From Candidatus Aenigmatarchaeota archaeon (lineage in GTDB: Archaea; EX4484-52), in contig JAGLPV010000010.1 of NCBI GenBank assembly GCA_023137195.1, forward strand, positions 15,383 to 79,382: 64,000 nucleotides of DNA, read 5' to 3'. Every line of letters starts with the position of its first letter. Within the stretch, counting starts at the first letter, position 1. Below, piece by piece: positions 48,506 through 57,451 of the stretch. A program made the translations under genes and the position numbers. The notes beneath the pieces are model-generated. The model worked only from the letters and a program-made list of their open reading frames with translations. It made no database searches and was not told the origin of the DNA.

Positions 48506-50372
48506 TTACCTAAAAACCAAAGAGTCATTGCTTGTTATTATTTTTTTTGCTTTCTTTTTAGCCATACCCTTATTTTTCGGACCTTTATACACGACAGATG
48601 ACCGGACAGGTCATACAATTAGACTTGCCCAATTCTCTAAAGTTTTGTTTGAAGGAAATCTTATTGTTAGATGGGCGCCGGATTTACTGGGTGGTTTTGG
48701 AATGCCTGCTTTCAACTATTACCCTCCTTTAGTTTCTTATATCGGCTCGGTTTTTTTATTTTTTGGTTTTAATTATATAACAGCTACAAATATCGTGTTT
48801 TTCCTGTCAATAATACTATCTGCAATCACCATGTTTTTTTTCTCAAAAACGATTTTTAAAACAAAAGAACAAGTCCTTCTCTGCTCATTGGCCTATATAT
48901 TTATTCCATACCGAATTTTAGATATTTACACTCGCGGAGCATTTGCAGAATGTTTTGCGTTTGTCTTTTTCCCATTAATATTGTATTTTATAACCTTGTA
49001 TCTAAAAGAAAATAAATTCAAATATCTTGTGTACTTTAGTTTATCTTATTGTGGACTAATACTCACTCATCTGATAAGTGTATTGATTTTCACTCCAATA
49101 ATGATTGCATATTTCCTCTATCTATTGCTTATATTTTATAATAAAAACACAAAAAAGAAAATATTTAATTTTCTTTGCATGTTTGTTCTTGGAATATTAT
49201 TATCTGCATTTTATCTATTTCCTGCAATGCTTGAAAAAAATTTAGTGAAAATAGACGATTCGGATGGTATTTTACAATATAAAACAGAGGATCATCTTCT
49301 ATGCCCCACTCAATTAATAGATCCCTTCTGGAAATTTGGTTATAGTAAAATAGGATGCAACGACGGTCTAAGTTTTCAGATAGGTGCTATTTTTTCCATG
49401 GCAATAATTCTATGCCTGCTCTATTGGGCATATAACCATAAAAAAAAGGATTTTTTATTCAAAAAACAAAATAAATTAATGATATTTTTTTTATCTCTTA
49501 CAATTATATACTTATTTTTCGCAACATACCCCTCTTCTTTTTTATGGGACATCATTCCTTTTATTGAATATGTTCAGTTTCCATGGCGCCTGTTGATGAT
49601 GGTTAGCTTTTGTTCACCCATTTTAATTTCTTTTTCATACTTTGTCTTAATAAAAGAAAAACCAAGAAAATGGGTTGCTTTTATCCCTTTGCTATTTTTA
49701 ATACCATATTTATTTTCAGATGTTTTTTATTTTTCTCTCTTTTTAATGGTGTTTGCCTCAATAAGTTCAATATTATTGTGCTGTAAAAAAAAATATTTAT
49801 TTTATTCTTTTATTTGCTATATTGTACTGGGAAGTATTTTTTTTACTCCTCCCATCCAGAATATTGTTTCCAGCGTTCCCGGACTGGAAAAAGAATTCAA
49901 CCGTAGTAGTTCATTTGAACCAGAGTATCTCGTAAGTACAATATATACTTCTACTGCAGGAAATGAATATATTCCAAAAAACATCTCGATTTGGCCACAA
50001 CCGGAATCAAAAAGATATAAATTTATTTACGGCAATTACAATATAAAAAATCACATAGTTAAATCAAACAGGATATTTCTTGATTTGGAAGTATTGAACA
50101 AGACAAAAATACAATATAATATTTTCTATTTCCCTGGATGGAATTTGTACATAAATAATAACAAAACAAATTTTTCCTATTTTGAATTACACAAACCGCA
50201 CCTAATTATATTTGAAAAAGGAAATTATACTCTTGATTTAAAATTTGAAAACACAAAAATAAGAAACACAAGCGAGAAAATTACAGTCTATGCGATACTA
50301 ATAATAACAATAATTTCTCTTATTTTAATTGCCCGTTCTTTGTTGCCGCCTCAAGTTCCCCCAAATCCTTAA
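48489..50372 (+). CDS. GT-C membrane protein (YfhO/PTPS-related-like)
   Basis: RWAPDL.GGFG.P.FNYYPPL; RGAFAE; QFPWR; YFPGW. Confidence 0.8.
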   Translation: MNMISDYLKTKESLLVIIFFAFFLAIPLFFGPLYTTDDRTGHTIRLAQFSKVLFEGNLIVRWAPDLLGGFGMPAFNYYPPLVSYIGSVFLFFGFNYITATNIVFFLSIILSAITMFFFSKTIFKTKEQVLLCSLAYIFIPYRILDIYTRGAFAECFAFVFFPLILYFITLYLKENKFKYLVYFSLSYCGLILTHLISVLIFTPIMIAYFLYLLLIFYNKNTKKKIFNFLCMFVLGILLSAFYLFPAMLEKNLVKIDDSDGILQYKTEDHLLCPTQLIDPFWKFGYSKIGCNDGLSFQIGAIFSMAIILCLLYWAYNHKKKDFLFKKQNKLMIFFLSLTIIYLFFATYPSSFLWDIIPFIEYVQFPWRLLMMVSFCSPILISFSYFVLIKEKPRKWVAFIPLLFLIPYLFSDVFYFSLFLMVFASISSILLCCKKKYLFYSFICYIVLGSIFFTPPIQNIVSSVPGLEKEFNRSSSFEPEYLVSTIYTSTAGNEYIPKNISIWPQPESKRYKFIYGNYNIKNHIVKSNRIFLDLEVLNKTKIQYNIFYFPGWNLYINNNKTNFSYFELHKPHLIIFEKGNYTLDLKFENTKIRNTSEKITVYAILIITIISLILIARSLLPPQVPPNP

Positions 50373-50985
50373 AACCAGAAAGCCTCTTTTCATTTACAAC
50401 CAAACTTGGTGTCTCATTTCCAACATTATAAATTTGTTTTATTGTATTCAAAGCAGCATTATCCATATTTATATCAAAAGAATAAAGGAAAATGCCCTCA
50501 TATTTTTCCTTCAGATGTCCAAGCACAAACGCCTGGCTTTCGCATTTCGGACAGTCCCCCTTATTGGAGTAAAAATAAAGTATAGTTGTGTAATTAAAAC
50601 CGCATTTTTCATTTATTTTTTTCATATATAACCAGTGCCTTAATTCAAGAAGAGAATAATATTTTTTCATCCTCCACACTTGTGGGTCCTCCCATCCAAG
50701 CTGGTTTTCAAGATACCCTAGTCTTGCAGACAAATCATACAATGACTGGGTGAGTTGAAGTTGCCCTGTAGCATTGCATCCTGCTTCTTCTATAATTCGA
50801 TCCTCTATTTCAGAAGCCATTAAATCAATCTTCAAATCCTGCTCATAATCTGCAAATTTACTTAGTTTATACGTAAGCATATAATTCCCCACAATAACGC
50901 CAATCAGAAATATACAAAGAGTAAGAGAAAAAGCAATCAGAAACTTAGAATAAGAAATATCTCTTCTTACTTTCTTTGGTATCAT
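50320..50985 (-). CDS. Membrane-anchored thioredoxin-fold protein
   Basis: N-terminal TM; LYFYS...CPKC; TPSLVVN. Confidence 0.8.
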   Translation of the reverse strand: MIPKKVRRDISYSKFLIAFSLTLCIFLIGVIVGNYMLTYKLSKFADYEQDLKIDLMASEIEDRIIEEAGCNATGQLQLTQSLYDLSARLGYLENQLGWEDPQVWRMKKYYSLLELRHWLYMKKINEKCGFNYTTILYFYSNKGDCPKCESQAFVLGHLKEKYEGIFLYSFDINMDNAALNTIKQIYNVGNETPSLVVNEKRLSGFKDLGELEAATKNGQLK

Positions 50986-51016
50986 ACAAATAATAAAAAA
51001 GAAGAGTTTTATATAT

Positions 51017-52051
51017 TTAGAGATTTTCTCTCATCATTTCAGTCAAATCTTCAGGCATTGTTGAAATCACAGGCGTGTCCTGCAATACTTCCATAAAAGC
51101 ACGATCTGCTGTATAATTCTCTGTTAATTTCGGTCTTGCTATTATCCTTATTATTATATTGAAAAAATCAAATTCCCTGTTCTTCTCTTCATCTGAACAC
51201 ATAGGCGCAGAAATTATTGACATGTTCAAAGACGATACGCCTGTTTTTTCATAGGCAGACAAAATTTTCACCAGCCCTTCTGACAAAGCCATTATATCTG
51301 TATCGTCCATATCATAAAAGGAAGATTTGTTTAGCATAACGCCCAAGAGTTCTCTATCTGCGGAAGGAGCAAATTTTGATTTAAACCACAAATCATTAGT
51401 CTGGTATATCCCTCTTTGCTTGTCCTGTAACATCAATTCCTTGAAATAATTTACCTCGTTTTTTTCATGGAATTCTCTTGCCTTCTCTATGATTCTCTTA
51501 GTATAATTCGAAGGGGTTTCATCTGCGACAATCTGGATATGGGGATGCACCAAAGATGCCCCGGCAGGCATCATGTAGTTAAAATTAATTGAAGGATATA
51601 GGAAATTTGCTGAATATTTTGCCTGAGCTTTCAAAAACATGACAGATGTGTATATTGCATTTTCCCATTCTCTTTGAGTTATTTTACTATATGGAAGAAA
51701 ATGTTTTTGCGATAGAACCCCTATAGCATGAACCTGCGCAAATGGATATAGATTTGGAAACATCAGATAATCATTATATTCAATATGTTCTTTATTGGAC
51801 ATCACACGCTCAAAACGAGGTGTTTTTTCAAGAACATTTTTCTTGCAAAATGCACAATTCTCATCGCTTTCTATTTCCTCTACATCCTCATCTGACGTAT
51901 AACTATGCGGTCTTTTTGCCCTTTCAAGATTAATTCTGCATATATCTCCGGTTAATGGATCTTCTCTGTATTCCACCCTATGCTTTTCTATACGAAATTT
52001 CGGCGGCGCCTTCAACTTTACATATTTAAAATAAATTTTGAAATTAATCAT
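51017..52051 (-). CDS. galT: Galactose-1-phosphate uridylyltransferase
   Basis: R.DPLTG..RAKRP; CAFC; PNLYPF; AGASLVHPHIQ. Confidence 0.9.
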   Translation of the reverse strand: MINFKIYFKYVKLKAPPKFRIEKHRVEYREDPLTGDICRINLERAKRPHSYTSDEDVEEIESDENCAFCKKNVLEKTPRFERVMSNKEHIEYNDYLMFPNLYPFAQVHAIGVLSQKHFLPYSKITQREWENAIYTSVMFLKAQAKYSANFLYPSINFNYMMPAGASLVHPHIQIVADETPSNYTKRIIEKAREFHEKNEVNYFKELMLQDKQRGIYQTNDLWFKSKFAPSADRELLGVMLNKSSFYDMDDTDIMALSEGLVKILSAYEKTGVSSLNMSIISAPMCSDEEKNREFDFFNIIIRIIARPKLTENYTADRAFMEVLQDTPVISTMPEDLTEMMRENL

Positions 52052-52121
52052 AATTAATAACCCTTGCCTTTATATATTATATTGCTAGTTTGTTTTAAAA
52101 GGTTACTGATAAAAAAATACT

Positions 52122-52373
52122 ATGCACTGGACTGAAAAACTAACTAAAAAAGACCAAAAACACATGAAATTGTTGCTGAAAAGCGCTTCGGAATACAGAA
52201 ATATCGCAAAAAAAGATGATGAAGCCATGATGCAGATGTGGGTTTGCCTTATTCGCCTGTATGAAAACCAGGTATTGCTGGAAAAGAAAATCAACCATCT
52301 TATGGGTAAAAAAAAGAAAATAAAAACAGACGGGTGCAAACCAAAGATTTTAAATGATTTAATGAAGTATTAA
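52122..52373 (+). CDS. Small hypothetical protein
   Basis: 83-aa ORF 9 bp upstream of HMG-CoA synthase. Confidence 0.6.
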   Translation: MHWTEKLTKKDQKHMKLLLKSASEYRNIAKKDDEAMMQMWVCLIRLYENQVLLEKKINHLMGKKKKIKTDGCKPKILNDLMKY

Positions 52374-52382
52374 TTATTAAAT

Positions 52383-53429
52383 ATGGAAAAAGCAAAGATT
52401 ATTGGCTATGGCGCTTACGTACCAAAATACCGAATTAGAACAGAAGAGATAGCAAAGGTATGGGGTGCTGATGAAAATTCAATAAAAAATGGCTTGAAGA
52501 TAACTGAAAAAGCCGTGGGTGCCGAAGACGAGGACAGTGCAACAATCGGCACAGAAGCAACAAAAAACGCATTAAAAAGAGCGCAGATAGATGTATCTGA
52601 AGTTGGCGCAATCTACATGGGCTCAGAATCTCACCCTTATGCCGTAAACCCCTCCGCTACAATGATTGGCGACGCAATAGGCGCAGGACCAAATTACACT
52701 GCCGCAGATACTGAATTCGCATGCAAAGCAGGTACTGCCGCAATGCAGATGGTACTGGGGCTTGTAGAATCAAAAAACATAAAATACGGCATTGCGATCG
52801 GCGCTGACACAGCACAGGGAATGCCCGGCAATGCACTGGAATATTCTGCCGCCTCAGGTGGAGCCAGTTTTGTAATTGGCTTGTCACCGGATACAGAAGC
52901 ATGCGCAGAAATCACACAAACAGCATCCTACTCAACAGATACACCGGATTTCTGGAGAAGACCAAAAGAAGAGTATCCACAGCACGCAGGAAGATTTACC
53001 GGCGGACCTGCTTATTTCAAGCACGTATGCGGCGCAACAGATTTATTGCTAAAAAAAACAAAAACAACAATAGATGATTATGACTATTTCGTATTTCACA
53101 TGCCCAATGGCAAATTCCCTCTTTTAATGGCAAAAAAATACAAAATCCCGATAGAAAAAATAAAACCATCCCTTGTTGTTGAAAAAATAGGAAATACCTA
53201 CTCTGGCTCATCAATACTGGGTCTTTGCAGTGTACTCGATATAGCAAAGCCAAACGACAAAATTCTAATGACCTCCTATGGTTCAGGTGCAGGTTCAGAC
53301 AGCTTCTCAATAAAAGTTTGTTCAGGCATAGAAAAACTAAGAAAAAAGGCACCAATGGTAAATGAATACATAAATGATAAAGAATACATCAATTATGCGG
53401 TCTATGCCAAAATAAGAGGAAAAATATAA
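52383..53429 (+). CDS. Hydroxymethylglutaryl-CoA synthase (archaeal)
   Basis: GSESHPYAV, EFACKAGT, FHMPNGKFP, IGNTYSG, SYGSGAGSD. Confidence 0.96.
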   Translation: MEKAKIIGYGAYVPKYRIRTEEIAKVWGADENSIKNGLKITEKAVGAEDEDSATIGTEATKNALKRAQIDVSEVGAIYMGSESHPYAVNPSATMIGDAIGAGPNYTAADTEFACKAGTAAMQMVLGLVESKNIKYGIAIGADTAQGMPGNALEYSAASGGASFVIGLSPDTEACAEITQTASYSTDTPDFWRRPKEEYPQHAGRFTGGPAYFKHVCGATDLLLKKTKTTIDDYDYFVFHMPNGKFPLLMAKKYKIPIEKIKPSLVVEKIGNTYSGSSILGLCSVLDIAKPNDKILMTSYGSGAGSDSFSIKVCSGIEKLRKKAPMVNEYINDKEYINYAVYAKIRGKI

Positions 53430-53504
53430 TCAATAATCTCATCATCCTAAATCCTTAACCCCACATTTACTATATGTTTTTAAAATTACCCAGAAAATAA
53501 GAAT

Positions 53505-54251
53505 ATGAGCGACAAAGAAAAAATTGTAGAAACAGAAAAAGAAGTTGAGACTAAAACAGATTCCACTACAGAAATCAAAGAAGAAACAAAAAAAAATAGT
53601 GATTCTTTGAATAAAGAAGATAGCCAGTTGGATGAAAAAACAAAAACACTATTTGTTAACCAGGATATGTACTTAGCTTCAGGAATTTATATAGGAATGA
53701 GCAGAAAATTAAAAATAATGATGCCATTTATCTACAAGATAAGATCTGATGGATTATGCATATTTGATTTAAAAAAAATAGAAAAAAGAATACAATTACT
53801 TGTTAAATGGCTTTCAAGATACCAGCCAAATGAAATTTTAATAGTAAGCAGGAAAAAAAACGGTCACAAAGCAGTCGCTACCGTAGGAAAAGCAATAGGA
53901 GCAAAAACAGTCTATGGAAGATTCATGCCAGGAATGCTTTCAAACCCGGCATACAAAGGATATATTGAACCAAAAATTCTTATCGCATGCGACCCTTATG
54001 GAGACAAACAGGCAATAGAAGAAGCATACAAGATAAAAATCCCGGTAGTTTGTCTATGCGACACATATAATTTCCCACGTCTGGTAGATTTTGTTATTCC
54101 ATTAAATAACAAAGGAAGAAAATCAATAGCACTATTTTACTACATCCTTGCCAAGGAATTGTTAAAAGAAAACAAGACCATAAACGGCGATGCAGAATTC
54201 AAATACACTCCTGAAGACTTTGAGATGACTGCTGAAGATACGAAGTTATAA
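53505..54251 (+). CDS. rps2: 30S ribosomal protein S2
   Basis: YLASGIYIG..IYKIRSDGL; GRFMPG.L.NP; IP.NNKGRKS. Confidence 0.96.
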   Translation: MSDKEKIVETEKEVETKTDSTTEIKEETKKNSDSLNKEDSQLDEKTKTLFVNQDMYLASGIYIGMSRKLKIMMPFIYKIRSDGLCIFDLKKIEKRIQLLVKWLSRYQPNEILIVSRKKNGHKAVATVGKAIGAKTVYGRFMPGMLSNPAYKGYIEPKILIACDPYGDKQAIEEAYKIKIPVVCLCDTYNFPRLVDFVIPLNNKGRKSIALFYYILAKELLKENKTINGDAEFKYTPEDFEMTAEDTKL

Positions 54252-54279
54252 AAACTTTTTTATTCTCATATAATCATTT

Positions 54280-54388
54280 GCCTTGATAGCTCAGTTGGTA
54301 GAGCGCGTGACTTGTATGCGCGAAACTCGTATGCGTGAAAACACTCCAGGAAATCACGCGGTCGGGGGTTCAAATCCCTCTCAAGGCT
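54280..54388 (+). tRNA. tRNA-Thr(TGT) with 36-nt intron at 37/38 (54317-54352)
   Basis: GCCTTGA/TCAAGGC acceptor; CGTGA-CTTGTA[intron]A-TCACG; BHB-like CUUG/CAGG helix with UAU and AAA bulges. Confidence 0.93.
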
Positions 54389-54561
54389 TAATTGGATAGT
54401 AAACAAAGGAATTCGCCGTCTTTCTCGTAAGGAGAGCGAATTCCGCAGTGAGCATCCAATTACCTTGAAAAGCGCGGTATTTAGCGTAAGCCCAGCGATT
54501 TTCATGGTTTTTTTCTGCATGTAATTTTCGTAGGACTGCAGAAAAAAGGCGTAAGCGTAAG
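54389..54561 (+). ncRNA. tRNA-trailing structured element, copy 2 (directly 3' of tRNA-Thr)
   Basis: UAAUUGGAU/AUCCAAUUA, GGAAUUCGC/GCGAAUUCC, UGAAAA/UUUUCA, UUUUUUCUGCA/UGCAGAAAAAA; GCGUAAGCGUAAG end. Confidence 0.7.
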
Positions 54562-54758
54562 AACACGCAATGAATCCTTATTAACCTCAAAAAGCATGGT
54601 ATTTTTCGTAAATCCAGTAATTTTAAACCCACATATCTTATCTAAAAAGAAAATTTATATTCTATTCGCCTACGCCAATCCATAAAGTAAAGTATATAAA
54701 GATTATCTTACAATTTTAATATGTATTATAAGTTTAAAACTAAAAAAGTAGATTTAAT

Positions 54759-55235
54759 ATGAGTGCGGAAAAAACTGAAAATGAAACATCAAATAGTTTA
54801 AAATGGATTGCTGTACTAATTTTATTATTTCTTATTTTTGTGCCCACAGAAATAAGCTATCAAGTGTCAGAACCAACACAGGTACAATATCCGATTTCAT
54901 ATAAAGTGCAAAATGCATATAATACAGGGAGTCTTTCAGGATTTAATTGGGTTACAGAGGGTATTGTAGAAATAGAAAATACAGATACCGTACCGGGAAC
55001 TTTTAGCGTAAGTTGTAATTTTAAAACATTAAAGAGAACTCTTACAGATAGTAAAAAGGTATATATTGTACCTGGAGAGAGAAAGACTGCGGAGTGTTTA
55101 GCTGACACGGATTTTGGTGAGGATGTGGAATTCACTTATGCAATTAATCCCGGAACAAAAACCATAACAGAAGTCAGAACCATTACTAAACAAAAAACAG
55201 TACGTATTTATCAAAAGGTGCTTGGCTTATATTAA
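54759..55235 (+). CDS. Membrane-anchored beta-rich hypothetical protein
   Basis: N-terminal TM; Ig-like V.IENTD..PGTF.V segment. Confidence 0.7.
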   Translation: MSAEKTENETSNSLKWIAVLILLFLIFVPTEISYQVSEPTQVQYPISYKVQNAYNTGSLSGFNWVTEGIVEIENTDTVPGTFSVSCNFKTLKRTLTDSKKVYIVPGERKTAECLADTDFGEDVEFTYAINPGTKTITEVRTITKQKTVRIYQKVLGLY

Positions 55236-55257
55236 TTATAGTAATAAAAGATAGCTA

Positions 55258-55770
55258 ATGTACCCAACAATATGTTCTATTAAGGGGATTCTAAACAAAA
55301 TGCTTATGAAATTTAAAATAAAAAGATACTACAAACTATTCCTTGTGTTGGTATTACTTGTTTTTATCTCTGGTTGTGTAGAAGTAAAGCAACCAACAGT
55401 TACTGGATCTGCAACAATTAAACACATAAACATTGAGTATGACTTAGATATACTCCTTACAAATCCAAATAATTTTGATTTCACAGTAACTGACATCTCA
55501 ATAGTTTTACAAAGAGAAAATGGCGAAAATATAGGTATGGGTACAATTTTAGGAGGGATAATTTCAAAGCAGGATTCAAAGCATTTCTATGGTGTATTGA
55601 GACTGGAAGATTCAATTTTAATAGCTCAATATGACGAAACGGTTTACCTAATAATTGAGACAACAGCAAAGGGCGGGATTTGGCCCATAGAAAAGAAAGA
55701 GAAAATTTATAGAAAAATTAAGATGAACAATCCAATTAAAGGTAAAACAGAATTAGAAATAAATATTTAA
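55258..55770 (+). CDS. LEA_2/Ig-like lipoprotein (start uncertain)
   Basis: Lipobox FISGC; L.NPN.F...V.DI motif. Confidence 0.65.
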   Translation: MYPTICSIKGILNKMLMKFKIKRYYKLFLVLVLLVFISGCVEVKQPTVTGSATIKHINIEYDLDILLTNPNNFDFTVTDISIVLQRENGENIGMGTILGGIISKQDSKHFYGVLRLEDSILIAQYDETVYLIIETTAKGGIWPIEKKEKIYRKIKMNNPIKGKTELEINI

Positions 55771-56047
55771 TTTTCTTACTGACATTAGAAAGCAGAATTA
55801 TGATACTTTAACTAATCAACGACGGGCTACGGCGGACTCTTCGTCACTCGCTTCATCATATTTCCAATAAGAATAGAACAACAAATATACGACTTCGCTA
55901 TGCTCCATTCAAATTCGTCTGCGGAACTTAGTATATCTCCATTTCACCCCTCCAAAAACAACAATGCAAATCCCCCTCTCAATATATAACATTTAAAAAA
56001 GATACTCCTCTTTATTACAATACAATTAACTATCAAAAGTGATTATC

Positions 56048-56572
56048 ATGGGATTAAGACCTGCAAGAATATACAGAAACATGGACAATAAAAGACCTTA
56101 CACTAGAAGAGCCATTAAAGTCCATAAAAAAAACTACATCAAAGGAGTACCAGGAATGAAATTAAAATTATTTGAAATGGGTGTCAAAAAAGATTACAAT
56201 ACATGCCTGTCCTTATACATAAAAAACAACGCACAGATAAGACACAACGCATTAGAAGCAGCAAGGGTTGCCTCAAATTCATACATCAAAAAGAACACAA
56301 ATTTCTTTTTCTTAAAAGTAATGGTCTTCCCACACCACATATTAAGAGAACACGCTCAGGCAGCTATCGCTCAGGCAGACCGTTTCTATCAGGGAATGGC
56401 GCATCCATTCGGAAAGCCAAAATCAACAGCAGCAAGAGTTAGGTCCCACAAAGCAGTAATTAAACTCTATGTATACAAAGAAAATATAGAAGACGCAAAA
56501 ATTGCATTAAAACGAGCAGGAATGAAGCTACCCGCATCAACAAGAATAACTGTAGACGATATAGCCCTGTAG
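56048..56572 (+). CDS. rpl10e: 50S ribosomal protein L10e (uL16)
   Basis: MGLRPARIYR; QIRHNALEAARV; FPHHILRE; ADR...GM..FGKP...AARV. Confidence 0.97.
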   Translation: MGLRPARIYRNMDNKRPYTRRAIKVHKKNYIKGVPGMKLKLFEMGVKKDYNTCLSLYIKNNAQIRHNALEAARVASNSYIKKNTNFFFLKVMVFPHHILREHAQAAIAQADRFYQGMAHPFGKPKSTAARVRSHKAVIKLYVYKENIEDAKIALKRAGMKLPASTRITVDDIAL

Positions 56573-56635
56573 TGTAGTGGCCAATCATTGCGGGCTTTGA
56601 ACCCGCGGACAGAGGTTCGAATCCTCTCAGGGCTA
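56563..56635 (+). tRNA. tRNA-Gln(TTG)
   Basis: AGCCCTG/CAGGGCT; GCGGG-CTTTGAA-CCCGC; GGTTCGAATCC; overlaps the last 10 nt of rpl10e. Confidence 0.96.
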
Positions 56636-56644
56636 TTTTTGATT

Positions 56645-57046
56645 ATGGACGAATACGAAAAATTATTAAAACAAGGTCAAGACAAACTCCCAAAAGACAG
56701 GCTAAACAAAAGTCGTTTTACTCCCCCAAAAATAAGCTCATTTATAGAAGGAAACAAAACAGTCCTAAAAAACATAGATGATGCCGCCAAAACAATAAGA
56801 AGGGATGCCACCCACCTAATGAAATTCATGGCAGCAGAACTCGCAAGCCAGGGAGTCAAAACAGGCATGACTGTCACTTTCATCGGAAAATTCCCAAACT
56901 CTTTAGTAAACAAAAAACTAGATAAGTACATAACAACCTTCGTACTATGCCCTGCCTGCAAAAAACCAGACACCACAATAATTAAAATTGAAAGAATCAA
57001 TTTCATAAAATGTGAAGCATGCGGCGCAAAAAACCCAATAGTATAA
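56645..57046 (+). CDS. eif2b: Translation initiation factor aIF2 beta subunit
   Basis: YEKLL..RF..EGNKT..RD..HL.KF...EL; CPAC.KPDT..CEACGA; ATG 56645. Confidence 0.95.
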   Translation: MDEYEKLLKQGQDKLPKDRLNKSRFTPPKISSFIEGNKTVLKNIDDAAKTIRRDATHLMKFMAAELASQGVKTGMTVTFIGKFPNSLVNKKLDKYITTFVLCPACKKPDTTIIKIERINFIKCEACGAKNPIV

Positions 57047-57053
57047 AATCCCT

Positions 57054-57449
57054 ATGGATGAAACCATCTATATTTTAGACACCTGTATTTTTGTAAAAGA
57101 AGGATTTTTTTTTGACACAGAAAAAATATATGTAAGCCCATATTCTGTAATAGAAGAAGTAAAATCCCCGGACGCGCAAATAAGACTAAACTACATTGAA
57201 AAGCAAAAAGGAATAGAATTTGTCCAGCCAAAAAAAGAATTCATAGAAAAAGCAAAACAGCTGGAACTAAAACTAAAATCAAAAAAAGGAAAATTAAGCG
57301 CAACAGACCTGGATGTAATTGCCATCGCCCTGTTTTTTGCCAACAACAACAAAAAAGTATGCGTAATCACAGACGACACATTAATACAAAAAGTATGCAA
57401 AAAAAACAAACTAGGATATGATTCCTTCTTCCTACTGCGTACAATATGA
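57054..57449 (+). CDS. Nob1-like PIN domain protein without Zn ribbon
   Basis: ILDT, VIEEV, LSATDLDVIAIA, ITDD..IQ.V. Confidence 0.8.
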   Translation: MDETIYILDTCIFVKEGFFFDTEKIYVSPYSVIEEVKSPDAQIRLNYIEKQKGIEFVQPKKEFIEKAKQLELKLKSKKGKLSATDLDVIAIALFFANNNKKVCVITDDTLIQKVCKKNKLGYDSFFLLRTI

Positions 57450-57451
57450 TT

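Noticed and set aside
54508-54547. The tRNA-trailing element is only a terminator
   Set aside because: The U-tract is paired with an A-tract inside a larger covarying three-domain structure with conserved loops, beyond what archaeal oligo-T terminators need; a partial terminator role is not excluded
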